From Candidatus Liptonbacteria bacterium (lineage in GTDB: Bacteria; Patescibacteriota; Minisyncoccia; UBA6257; 2-01-FULL-56-20): 64,000 nucleotides of DNA. How positions within the stretch are numbered: position 1 is the stretch's first letter; the number at the start of each line of letters is the position of its first letter. The stretch spans positions 13,327 through 77,326 of the forward strand of contig JAHFLJ010000001.1 of the NCBI GenBank assembly GCA_023244935.1. The letters run 5' to 3'. Below are positions 46,390-55,377 of the stretch, piece by piece. The position numbers and the translations under genes were made by a program. The notes beneath the pieces are model-generated. The model worked only from the letters and a program-made list of their open reading frames with translations, had not been told where the DNA came from and made no database searches.

Positions 46390-47727
46390 CTAATATTCCA
46401 ACGGCACCTCTTTCGGCGGAATTAACGACGTGTCCACCGGCAAAGTAAAGGAGAATATGCTCCCCCTGCCAAGTTCGGATTCAACCCGCATACTCCCGCC
46501 GTGCGCTCGCACAATATTTTGCGCGATATACAACCCTAAACCGGAACCTTCGGTCGCAAATTTCAAAGCATTTGAGGCGCGAAAAAATTTAACAAACAGT
46601 TTTTGAACTTCTTCCGGCGGGATTCCAATTCCGGTGTCTCTGACTGAAATTTCCACGTATGGCGCATCCGAAAGTTTTTTCGCGGAGACGATGACCTCTC
46701 CGTTTTTGACGTTGTATCTAATCGCATTATCAATCAAATTAGAAAGAACCATGGAAAGCTTTTGCGGGTCAATAGTCACCTCCGGCAGTTGTTCGGCCGG
46801 CCTGTCAAAAAGTATTTTAATTCCCAACTGACGAGCGGTCTCGCTGGCCGGCTTCAAAATTTCCTCAATGAAACCGAATAGATTCATTTTTTGGAATTGA
46901 TATCCAAATCGCCCCTCTTCGATTCGTGAAATATTTAACAAGTCCTCAACTATTTCTCGAAGTTGAATCGCTGACGCATACGCATTTTGGGCGAGAGCGC
47001 TCATTTCCGGCGAAAGTGTCGGCTCTTTGGTTATCGCTTCCAACCCCCAAACTACATGCGTAAGCGGAGTTCGAAGCTGATGCGAAGTAACCGTCACGAA
47101 TTCGGTTTTTTCTTTGGAAAGAGAAACTTCACGCGTTCTATCCCTAATTATTTTCATAAACCCGACTAAATTCCCGCTTTCGTCGGTTATCGGCGAAGTA
47201 AAAGTTCGAAGCTCCAGATAAGGGTCGTCGAAAGACAAATCGACAACCTGCGGATATTTACCGGAAGGAGACCGAGAAATCATCGATGGAGCAAGCGATG
47301 GAAAAACAACCTGAACCAATCTTCTTAAAACCGAATTTTCGGCGAGCTTCGGATCAATCTGCTTTCCAACAAAATCCGCACTCTTAAGTCCGAACAATCT
47401 TTCGGATGATCCGTTCAAAAATAACACTTTGAAATTTTGATCATATACCAAAAGCGCGTCATCCATTGTGCTAATAATGCTTTTAAGTTGATTCCGCTCA
47501 AGGCTAACTCCGGAAGTTGTCGCCCCGGCTTTAAGAATTAAATCGTAAACCAAAAAAATTGCGCCTACCGAAAAAATTGCGCCGGCTAAAGGAAAAATCC
47601 AGTTTGAAAAAACTACCCCGAGAAATCCTAAAATAATTGCCCCTACCAAAAGACCAATTGCAAAATAAAGACTTTGTTTGTTTTGTGTGGCACCATTGGC
47701 CTTGTTTTCGGGAGAAGATCCGCTCAT
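46390..47727 (-). CDS. PAS-domain sensor histidine kinase
   Basis: Two TM helices, PAS domain, H-box SHQLRTPL, N-box NLIDNAIRY, DTGIG and GSGLGL. Confidence 0.93.
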   Translation of the reverse strand: MSGSSPENKANGATQNKQSLYFAIGLLVGAIILGFLGVVFSNWIFPLAGAIFSVGAIFLVYDLILKAGATTSGVSLERNQLKSIISTMDDALLVYDQNFKVLFLNGSSERLFGLKSADFVGKQIDPKLAENSVLRRLVQVVFPSLAPSMISRSPSGKYPQVVDLSFDDPYLELRTFTSPITDESGNLVGFMKIIRDRTREVSLSKEKTEFVTVTSHQLRTPLTHVVWGLEAITKEPTLSPEMSALAQNAYASAIQLREIVEDLLNISRIEEGRFGYQFQKMNLFGFIEEILKPASETARQLGIKILFDRPAEQLPEVTIDPQKLSMVLSNLIDNAIRYNVKNGEVIVSAKKLSDAPYVEISVRDTGIGIPPEEVQKLFVKFFRASNALKFATEGSGLGLYIAQNIVRAHGGSMRVESELGRGSIFSFTLPVDTSLIPPKEVPLEY

Positions 47728-47756
47728 ATCTTTAACTATAACATTTTTAACGGATT

Positions 47757-48647
47757 TTAAAACAAAGATTTCTGAGGATCTATAACTTCTTCTTTTTTTG
47801 CTTTTTCTTTCTGAGACAAAGAACTAAATCCCATCTTCTCGAAATATCCGGCTAAGTCCGACCCCCCTCCCAGTTTTAACTCTTCAATTTTAACATCTAT
47901 CGGAGCATCCTTTCTTAATTTTACCAACCCTCGAGAAAATTCCGCTTCCTTCCTGTTGTTTTTAACCTTCAAAACCGCCGGCCCCTCGTCTTTAGTTGTA
48001 AATATAGTGTCCAGATTTCCATATTTATTCAAAAGCGTCATTGCGGTTTTTGGGCCGACCCCGGCGACCCCTTTAATATTATCGGAAGAATCTCCAACCA
48101 ACGACTTATAGTCGGTCATCTGTTTTGGCAATATCCCAAACTTCTCTACCGTAGACTTTTCATCATATACAAAAATCTCGCTTATCCCTTTAACCGGAGT
48201 CCATAAAACAATTTTTTCCTTGTCCACCAACTGAATCCCATCTCGGTCACCGGACAGGATAACAATTTGTAAATCTTTTTCTTTTTTGAACTTCTCCACA
48301 AACGTCGCGATAAGATCATCCGCCTCGAAGCCGGCCAGCTCAAAAGTCTTTATTCCAAAAGCTTTGAATAAATTATGAGCCTCGATTAACTGAGAGATTA
48401 ATTCATTCGGAGTTTCCGGCCTCCCGGCTTTGTATTCCGCATACATCTCATCGCGATGAGTCGGCTCCGGTCGGTCAAAAAGAGCCGCGACATATTCCGG
48501 ATTTTCTTCTTTTATTAATCTTGAAAGCATCCGCGACAATCCATAGATCGCCTGACTTGGTAATCCGGAAGGAGTTGTTAGTGGTGGTAATGCGTGGAAG
48601 GCTCGATGGATTAAAGAATTCGCGTCTATTAAAAACAATCTTTTCAT
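47757..48647 (-). CDS. Stand-alone 5'-3' exonuclease (PolA N-terminal/FEN domain)
   Basis: Motifs LIDANSLIHRAFHA, YKAGR, EADD, SGDRD and GDSSDNIKGV. Ends with no polymerase domain. Confidence 0.9.
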   Translation of the reverse strand: MKRLFLIDANSLIHRAFHALPPLTTPSGLPSQAIYGLSRMLSRLIKEENPEYVAALFDRPEPTHRDEMYAEYKAGRPETPNELISQLIEAHNLFKAFGIKTFELAGFEADDLIATFVEKFKKEKDLQIVILSGDRDGIQLVDKEKIVLWTPVKGISEIFVYDEKSTVEKFGILPKQMTDYKSLVGDSSDNIKGVAGVGPKTAMTLLNKYGNLDTIFTTKDEGPAVLKVKNNRKEAEFSRGLVKLRKDAPIDVKIEELKLGGGSDLAGYFEKMGFSSLSQKEKAKKEEVIDPQKSLF

Positions 48648-49090
48648 TTTTTAATTTCTATAATCCTCTCGTTCTCTTTTTTTCCGTGAGAAAATTTTAT
48701 CCAAATAGCATCTTTCGGAATCGCCTTTTTTATATTCCCGGCCCACTCCACGATTGTCAGCGACGCGGGAGTCTTTAACATTTCGAAAAAACCTATACCG
48801 AATAATTCCTCTTCCTTCTTTAGTCTGTAAGCATCCATATGAAAAACGTTTTTTATTACTTTATTAGCCGTTTTCTTTTTCCTAACAATAATAAAGGTTG
48901 GACTAAGCGCGGATCCTTTGATTTTAAGCGCCGAGAATATTCCCTTCACAAAAGTTGTTTTCCCGGCGCCGAGGTCGCCCTCCAACGCCAAAACCACCGA
49001 TTCTTTATTCTTCAAAAATGAAATCAGGCCGGAAATAAATTTTTTGGCGACCAACTCCGTGTCTTTACTTGAACCGGTTTTTATTTTCAC
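48644..49090 (-). CDS. tsaE: tRNA threonylcarbamoyladenosine biosynthesis ATPase
   Basis: Motifs GDLGAGKTT, SPTF, HMDAYR and VEW. Confidence 0.95.
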   Translation of the reverse strand: MKIKTGSSKDTELVAKKFISGLISFLKNKESVVLALEGDLGAGKTTFVKGIFSALKIKGSALSPTFIIVRKKKTANKVIKNVFHMDAYRLKKEEELFGIGFFEMLKTPASLTIVEWAGNIKKAIPKDAIWIKFSHGKKENERIIEIKK

Positions 49091-49095
49091 AAAAG

Positions 49096-49614
49096 TTAAG
49101 GAAGTTTATAATCTATTGATTCAAATTGCCAAACCGGAGACCCTTCGTATCCGGGGACTTTTCTAAACTCCATATCAATAGGGTTGGAAATCTTGAAACT
49201 GTCACCCTCCGGACGGATTCCTTTATATTCTTTTTCCGACACTCTCAAAACTTCTACAAATTTCCGCATATTTGGCTCGGAAATATCTTTAAGTTTTTCA
49301 AGGTGAGCCATTCGAGTTTCCCGAGTAAAAAATGTGCTGGCGAGCGGATACTGTTGAGACTCTAAAAATTCATAATACATATAAATTGTCCCCGCCGGAG
49401 TGTCTGCTCCGTAATTCGCTTTTGTGTTACGAATGTAGGCCATGTCCTCTACGACTTTGAGTTTCGCCAGTAGTTCTTCTTGATACGCCGTTTTTTTGGC
49501 TTCCGAATAAGAGAAATAAACAAATATCGAACCTAAAATAACCAGATACGCGCAAACCGTCCAAAAAAACGCCTCCAAAACCCACTGCAAATTAATTTTT
49601 TTAATGTTTTTCAT
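49096..49614 (-). CDS. Membrane-anchored hypothetical protein
   Basis: One N-terminal TM helix and a YGADTP motif. Confidence 0.7.
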   Translation of the reverse strand: MKNIKKINLQWVLEAFFWTVCAYLVILGSIFVYFSYSEAKKTAYQEELLAKLKVVEDMAYIRNTKANYGADTPAGTIYMYYEFLESQQYPLASTFFTRETRMAHLEKLKDISEPNMRKFVEVLRVSEKEYKGIRPEGDSFKISNPIDMEFRKVPGYEGSPVWQFESIDYKLP

Positions 49615-49638
49615 TCTTTCTGTATATTACCACAAAAA

Positions 49639-50643
49639 TTAAAGCAATTCCCCCGGACGACGTTTTTTAAGGTGGTCGTAGGCCGGAGCCAACACTACCC
49701 TGCCTCCGGGAGTTCGTTGTAAAAATCCCAAACTCATTAAATATGGCTCATAAATATCCTCAATAACTCCACGCTCCTCGCTAAGCGCCGCCGCCAACGT
49801 GTTCACGCCAACCGGCCCGCCGTTAAATTTCTCGATCATCATCAGCAATAATTTTCGGTCATTTGGTTCCAGCCCCAGCTCATCAATTTCCAAAAGTTCC
49901 AACGCGTGCATCGCAATTTCTTCATCAATTTTACCGACCGCATTGATCTGCGCAAAATCTCTGGCTCGCTTCAACAGTCTATTTGCGATACGCGGAGTCG
50001 CGCGCGAAGCTCTGGCCAAAACCGAAAGAGAATCCTCGGTTGCGGTTACCCCTAAAATTTTAGCGGAACGCTCCAATATTTTTTTAATATCTTCCACGGA
50101 ATAATAATCTAATCTTAAAATTGCCCCGAACCTGGAACGGAGCGGATGGGATAATAAATTTTCTCGAGTTGTCGCCGCGATCAAAGTAAACGGCGGAAGA
50201 TCCAAGCTTAAAGTCCTGGCGCTCGGCCCCTTTCCGATTACCAAATGAAGCTTGCGCGACTCCATTGCCGGATAAAGAACCTCTTCAATCATCCGATTAA
50301 TTCGATGGGCCTCATCTATAAAAAGAACCTCGCCCGGCTCCAGGTTAGTTAGAATTGCCGCCATATCCCCCATTTTCTCCAAAGCTGGTCCGGAAGTTGT
50401 CCTAACGGGCACTTCCATTTCCCGAGCCACTAAATAAGCCAGGGTGGTCTTGCCAAGTCCGGCCGGTCCCGAAAAAAGAAGATGGTCCATTGATTCTCCT
50501 CGTTTTTTAGCGGCCTCGATAATAACCTTCAGATTCCTTTTAATCTTGTCCTGCCCTACATATTCATCCCAAACCGCCGGACGTAAAGCCTGATCTATTC
50601 CTAAATCGTCTGGGGAAAAACTGTTGATATTTTTAGCGTCCAT
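49639..50643 (-). CDS. ruvB: Holliday junction DNA helicase RuvB
   Basis: Motifs LRP, GPAGLGKTT, FIDEAH and YEPYL...RTPGGR. Confidence 0.97.
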   Translation of the reverse strand: MDAKNINSFSPDDLGIDQALRPAVWDEYVGQDKIKRNLKVIIEAAKKRGESMDHLLFSGPAGLGKTTLAYLVAREMEVPVRTTSGPALEKMGDMAAILTNLEPGEVLFIDEAHRINRMIEEVLYPAMESRKLHLVIGKGPSARTLSLDLPPFTLIAATTRENLLSHPLRSRFGAILRLDYYSVEDIKKILERSAKILGVTATEDSLSVLARASRATPRIANRLLKRARDFAQINAVGKIDEEIAMHALELLEIDELGLEPNDRKLLLMMIEKFNGGPVGVNTLAAALSEERGVIEDIYEPYLMSLGFLQRTPGGRVVLAPAYDHLKKRRPGELL

Positions 50644-50713
50644 TTGACTTGTATTTTATATTTCTATGTTATAATGTGAACTCCCGCCAAGCAATTGTGT
50701 CGCGCGGTAAGAC

Positions 50714-50742
50714 TTGACAAATTTATCTAGGAGTGCTATCAT
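50714..50742 (+). promoter_or_regulatory. Sigma70-type promoter
   Basis: TTGACA, 17-nt spacer, TATCAT, with an extended -10 TG. Confidence 0.75.
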
Positions 50743-50748
50743 ATACCC

Positions 50749-50953
50749 AATCTCGAAGTGTTCATTTCAAATCTGGGGGCAGGAATTTTTCTCAGTTTTA
50801 GGATGGTTTGGCTTCGGCGAAACCTCTCCTCGGTTTAATTCTATCCTCTTTCCGTTTTACGCGAAAGAGAACCAAATCCATTTATGGACGTCCCCAGGTT
50901 TGAGTTGATCACTTCTCATCCGGACACTGCATGCAGTGTCCGGGTTTTGTTTT
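50749..50953 (+). ncRNA. Orphan structured RNA with terminator
   Basis: Closing stems GAAGTG/CACTTC and TCAAATCTGGGG/CCCCAGGTTTGA; internal cUUCGg hairpin; terminator CCGGACACTGCATGCAGTGTCCGG followed by a T-run. Confidence 0.6.
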
Positions 50954-50989
50954 ACATATTCATTCGTAAAATTCCTGCCGATAGGCAGG

Positions 50990-51096
50990 GTCATTCTGAG
51001 CCCGCGAAGAATCTAAATTAGATCCTTCCCTGCGTTCAGGATGACAGAAAAAAGAATTCAAAAAACTGGATTGTCCAAGCAAGTTGGACAATGACA
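50990..51096. repeat. Palindromic element, second copy of the pilin-leader insertion
   Basis: 103 of 107 positions identical to 9510-9616, same orientation. Confidence 0.9.
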
Positions 51097-51202
51097 AACC
51101 GAAAAGCTTCTTTCTCTTGTTCGTATTATTTTTATTATTCGTAGACATTCGTATATTAATATTGTTATGAGTCACAAGTTATAAGTTATTAGTCATAAGT
51201 TC

Positions 51203-52879
51203 CTAAATCCACGGAATCGGCCCGGTCGTCCCCTCAACTTCGTCAAAAGTAGTCATCCCGGACAAAACTTTCAAAACTCCGTCTTGTTGCATGGTCACCA
51301 TCATCTGCTTCTCCGCCAGCTTTCGGAGAGAGCGCTCGGAAACTTCGGTTAAAATAACTTCTTCCAACTCCGGCCCACCTTTGAAAAACTCGAAAATTCC
51401 TCGTCTTCCTTTATAGCCAAAACCATTACAAGTCTCACAGCCAACCGGCGCGAAAACCGTTATTTTTTCATATGGTTTTTTATCTACTCTTGCCGGAACC
51501 TTTTCCAAATATTTTTTTATCTGCTCGATTTTTTTTGCGTCCAAATCAACCGGTTTTTTACAATTGTCGCAAAGCTTCCTAACTAAGCGTTGAGCAATGA
51601 TTAAAGTAACCGCCGGACCGATGCTTGCCGGCTTTACGCCAACGTCAACAAGACGCGGGATTGCGCCGACCGCGCTATTGGTATGAAGCGTAGACAAAAC
51701 CAAATGCCCGGTTAACGCTGCTTGAATCGCAATTTCCGCAGTCTCTTGATCGCGGATTTCACCGACGAGAAGCACATCCGGGTCTTGACGCACGATTGCT
51801 CTTAATCCTCCGGCGAAAGTATACCCGGCGTCCGGATCAACTTGTGTTTGCTCAATTCCTAAAATTCTATATTCAATCGGATCTTCAACGGTAATAATTT
51901 TTGTTTCCGGGTCAACCAACTTTCGGAGGAACGCGTAAAGAGTCGTGGTTTTTCCGGAGCCGGTCGGTCCTGTATTCAAAATCAGTCCATTTGGCCTTTT
52001 TAGCTCCGCTTCCACCAGAGCCAGGTCGTCCTCTCGCAGACCGAGCTGTGGCAAGGTCACATTAATTCCCGCCGGATCCAAAATACGCATAACAATTGTT
52101 TCTCCGAATTCCGAAGGGATAAGCGAAACGCGCATTTCGATTTCTTTTTCCGGCAACCCTATTGTAAATCTTCCGTCTTGTGGCTCGGAATGAACATTTA
52201 ATTTTAATTCGCAAAGTAATTTTATTCTGGTAACCAAGCTGACATAGTTTTTTATCGGCAAATTTGCGATGTCGTGAAGTAGTCCATCCACGCGATACCT
52301 AACCCGCGCATCTTTTTCTTGAGCTTCAAAATGAACGTCAGAGGCTCTGGTGGTTAACGCTCCGGCTAAAAGTGTTTCCAAAAGACTCGACACGCTTGCG
52401 GATTTATAATCAAAGGTTGCCAGGGTCTGTTGAACCATCTGAAAAGTCTTAAACTTTTGCATATCCTCAGCGAATCTCACCGCGTCGATATTTATTCCGC
52501 CGGTAATTGACTCTTTCCCTTTAGAAACAAATTTATAAAATTCCAGGGCTTGTTTAACCGCCGACAAAGAGACTACGAACGGCTTAATTTTATATCCCTT
52601 TTCTTCCAAATAGGTAATCGCTTTTTGCGCCTCTTCGGTTGTTGGGTCATAAAAAATTACCGCTAAGTCTTTATTATTTAATTGTATGCCAACTCCCAAA
52701 GCCTTCCTTGCTTCCTCTTCCGGAAGCAAAGCAACCGCCTCAATCGAAATCGGAGTTTTCCCTAGGTCAGCGTAAGTCAACTTAAGTCTCTCGGCGCGAC
52801 GCTTCGCTTCCCGCTCCTCTCCGGCGCGCCTAATTGCTTCTAATTTATTCGTTAACTCACCTTGGGGTGTAAGGTTCAT
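51203..52879 (-). CDS. pilB: Type IV pilus assembly ATPase (PilB/GspE)
   Basis: Motifs ASDVHFE, PQDGR, GPTGSGKTT, EDPIE, RQDPD, TGHLVLSTLH and two CxxC. Confidence 0.9.
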   Translation of the reverse strand: MNLTPQGELTNKLEAIRRAGEEREAKRRAERLKLTYADLGKTPISIEAVALLPEEEARKALGVGIQLNNKDLAVIFYDPTTEEAQKAITYLEEKGYKIKPFVVSLSAVKQALEFYKFVSKGKESITGGINIDAVRFAEDMQKFKTFQMVQQTLATFDYKSASVSSLLETLLAGALTTRASDVHFEAQEKDARVRYRVDGLLHDIANLPIKNYVSLVTRIKLLCELKLNVHSEPQDGRFTIGLPEKEIEMRVSLIPSEFGETIVMRILDPAGINVTLPQLGLREDDLALVEAELKRPNGLILNTGPTGSGKTTTLYAFLRKLVDPETKIITVEDPIEYRILGIEQTQVDPDAGYTFAGGLRAIVRQDPDVLLVGEIRDQETAEIAIQAALTGHLVLSTLHTNSAVGAIPRLVDVGVKPASIGPAVTLIIAQRLVRKLCDNCKKPVDLDAKKIEQIKKYLEKVPARVDKKPYEKITVFAPVGCETCNGFGYKGRRGIFEFFKGGPELEEVILTEVSERSLRKLAEKQMMVTMQQDGVLKVLSGMTTFDEVEGTTGPIPWI

Positions 52880-53017
52880 ATTTACTAAGTTTATATTTAA
52901 ATACTCTTCCCCGCAAAGAAGAATTTGTGTAAAGATGCTCTCTTTGACTTTTTTGCTATTTTATAGTATAATATACTCAGATATTTGAATAAAAACTGAA
53001 AGGAAAAAGGAGTCGTT

Positions 53018-53803
53018 GTGAAGCTTTTCGTTGCTCTACTTGTCGCGGTTCTCTCATTTCTCGCGACCGGATGCGGGGTGGTCATCGAGGCGACAAAGTC
53101 GTCGCTCTCGGGAATAAAAATTTCGTCCCCGGTCGTCGACCAGCTCGGCTTCCGAGCCGAATCTCACAAGCTCATCATCAAAAACCGCTCGTCTCTTACG
53201 GCGGGAATCATTATCAACGGGTACAACTCCAAATTGGAGTTGTACCCCAACGAGGACTTGGTCTTTACCAGCTCGTGGGAGCCGTTCGTCAATGCCGAAA
53301 TGACCATCGTCCTCGTTTTTCGCGAAACCGACGGTTCATACGGCGGCTACGCGGAGAAGACTTTCAATTCGGGCAGCTTTGCCCAGTCGGAAGCGTGGAC
53401 ACTCTTCGCCTCCGACATCACCTGCTATGGTCAACGACTCGCGGAGTCGGACGATGCCCCCGAATTCGAACCGAGAGTTAGGCAGTTTCGCCTTCCTCGC
53501 GAGTGGTTCAATGGGACAAGCTTCTTCGGGATGATTAATGACACGCAAGGAGAGTTGCGCGTCACCACCAACGGATCCGTCCGCACCGAAACCCTCGCAC
53601 CCGGCGAAGTCTACACGGTTCGGACAAGAGACTGGTCATCGTCTTCTCGTTGGGGAAACCGCCAACCTGTGATCATCCAGCTCGAAGGCTGGGATGATGA
53701 TGGTCGATACATCGGAATTTGTGAACGACATTTCTATCCGACCTCGGACGGCGTCCGTTCACAGTTCGAGGCCGTGGCTCCCTCCTCCCTTTATCGTCGC
53801 TAG
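53018..53803 (+). CDS. Orphan lipoprotein with two tandem beta-rich repeats
   Basis: Lipobox LATGC; promoter TTGACT-17-TATAAT (52944-52972); SD AAGGAG; GC-rich codons. Confidence 0.75.
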   Translation: MKLFVALLVAVLSFLATGCGVVIEATKSSLSGIKISSPVVDQLGFRAESHKLIIKNRSSLTAGIIINGYNSKLELYPNEDLVFTSSWEPFVNAEMTIVLVFRETDGSYGGYAEKTFNSGSFAQSEAWTLFASDITCYGQRLAESDDAPEFEPRVRQFRLPREWFNGTSFFGMINDTQGELRVTTNGSVRTETLAPGEVYTVRTRDWSSSSRWGNRQPVIIQLEGWDDDGRYIGICERHFYPTSDGVRSQFEAVAPSSLYRR

Positions 53804-53824
53804 CCTTTGTCTCCATTAATCACC

Positions 53825-53846
53825 GCCGCCCGAAAGGGCGGCTTTT
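53825..53846 (+). terminator. Intrinsic terminator
   Basis: GCCGCCC-gaaa-GGGCGGC-TTTT. Confidence 0.85.
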
Positions 53847-53972
53847 CACTTTTACGGATAAATTCCTTAAAAATGACCCTTCGTAGCCACGCGCTACGGG
53901 GCGAAGTAGAGTTCCGCGAAGTCGCGGCTAGTTATTAGTGATAAGTAATTAGTTATAAGTTATTATTAACCC

Positions 53973-54509
53973 ATGTCAGGACACTCTCATTGGTCAGGAA
54001 TAAAACATCAAAAAGAAATTACCGACAAAAAACGAGGCGTGGTTTTCTCTAAACTTTTAATGGCAATTTCCGCCTCCGCGAAATCTGACCCGGATCCAAA
54101 CTTTAACCCCCGTCTCCGAAGCGCAATCGAAAAAGCGGAAGAAAACAATGTTCCCGCCGAAAATATTGCCCGAGCCATAAAACGCGCCAAAGAAAGCGCC
54201 GAAGGAGTTGAAGAACTTATTTTTGAAGGATATGGACCGGCTGGTGTCGGAATTATAATTTCGGTCATCACCTCCAACAGTAATCGCGCCATTTCTGAAA
54301 TTAAAAGTATTCTAATCAAGGCCGGAGCCCGCTGGGCAGATCCCGGAAGTGTTAAATGGGCATTTGAAACTCCTAAGTCTTTTGGCGGAGACTGGATTCC
54401 AAAGCATTTAATTCCCATTGAAGAAGAGGACGCGAAAAAATTAAGTTCTATTATTGACTCCTTAGAATCTCACGATGACGTCCAAAAAATTTTTACGAAT
54501 GCCGAATAA
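53973..54509 (+). CDS. YebC/PmpR-family protein (short form)
   Basis: Motifs MSGHSHW..IKH.K, EGYGPAG and LESHDDVQ. Confidence 0.92.
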   Translation: MSGHSHWSGIKHQKEITDKKRGVVFSKLLMAISASAKSDPDPNFNPRLRSAIEKAEENNVPAENIARAIKRAKESAEGVEELIFEGYGPAGVGIIISVITSNSNRAISEIKSILIKAGARWADPGSVKWAFETPKSFGGDWIPKHLIPIEEEDAKKLSSIIDSLESHDDVQKIFTNAE

Positions 54510-55011
54510 TTTTGAAAAAATAAATATTCTCGGAATCGACCCTGGCACAAAACGCGCCGGTTTCGGAGTTATATCCAAAGAAGGAAACATTTTGCGGCTC
54601 CTTGACGCGGGAATTTTTGCCGTCGGAAAATCCACTACAAATGAATCTCTCTTAATTATAAAAAATCAAATAGACCTTTTGATAAAAAAATATAACCCTT
54701 CTGTATTCGCGATAGAAAAACTTTTTTTCTCCACCAATCAAAAAACCGCGATGAGCGTCGCGGAGTCTCGCGGAGTTTGTATCCTCTCTGCTTTAGAAAA
54801 AAATATTCCTATTTTGGAGTTTTCCCCTAACGAAATCAAAAGCTCAATAGCCGGATTCGGAATGGCCGACAAAAAAGCTATTTTGAAAATGGTGCGACTG
54901 ATTCTAAAAGAACCAAATTTAAAAGTCATAGATGACGCCAGCGATGCACTTGCCATTGCAATCGTGGGAGCCCAAAACCTTAGACTTATAAAAACAGAGG
55001 GTGGCCACTAG
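54499..55011 (+). CDS. ruvC: Crossover junction endodeoxyribonuclease RuvC
   Basis: Motifs ILGIDPG, AIEKLFF, ESRG and DDASDALAIA. Confidence 0.95.
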   Translation: MPNNFEKINILGIDPGTKRAGFGVISKEGNILRLLDAGIFAVGKSTTNESLLIIKNQIDLLIKKYNPSVFAIEKLFFSTNQKTAMSVAESRGVCILSALEKNIPILEFSPNEIKSSIAGFGMADKKAILKMVRLILKEPNLKVIDDASDALAIAIVGAQNLRLIKTEGGH

Positions 55012-55051
55012 CCAATAGGCGACACCAAAGACTATTAGATTTGTATTTTCT

Positions 55052-55163
55052 CCCCAGCGAATCCTTTAATTTTGAGGGGTACCTCGTGGATTTCTTCTCT
55101 TTACCCCAAACGAGATTGTTGGTTTTGCGGGGTGTCTGAGAAACCTTTTAGCTTGGTCCCGCC
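55052..55163 (+). repeat. Two stacked truncated copies of the promoter-abutting element
   Basis: 55052-55087 matches the left end of copy A (AATCCTTTAATTTTGAGGG). 55104-55163 matches the left end of copy B (GAGATT...GGTGTCTGA.AAACCTTTTAGCT...CCCGCC). Confidence 0.8.
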
Positions 55164-55171
55164 TCTTTCCT

Positions 55172-55331
55172 CCCATCGACGAGCAAACTAATTTTCGGAG
55201 GTGTCGCGCAGTTCATTCCGGCTTGGTCCCCGCCGATTAGGCGGGGCGGAATGAACGAGCGGCAGCGCTAATTTCCGCAGGAGAAATTAGACAGCGACCT
55301 CCGGAAATTACGTTTGTGAGCGGCATTGACA
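55172..55331 (+). repeat. Promoter-abutting structured element, copy D
   Basis: Outer stem TAATTTTCGGAGGT/ACCTCCGGAAATTA; inner stem GTTCATTCC/GGAATGAAC; hairpin CCCCGCC/GGCGGGG; ends GAGC-ggca-TTGACA. Confidence 0.8.
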
Positions 55332-55377
55332 AGTTTCTTTAACTTTTTATACTGTATTCCATAAAAAAGATATAAAT

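Noticed and set aside
50714-50908. 64-aa ORF
   Set aside because: Its TTG start is the -35 box itself, upstream of the predicted transcription start.
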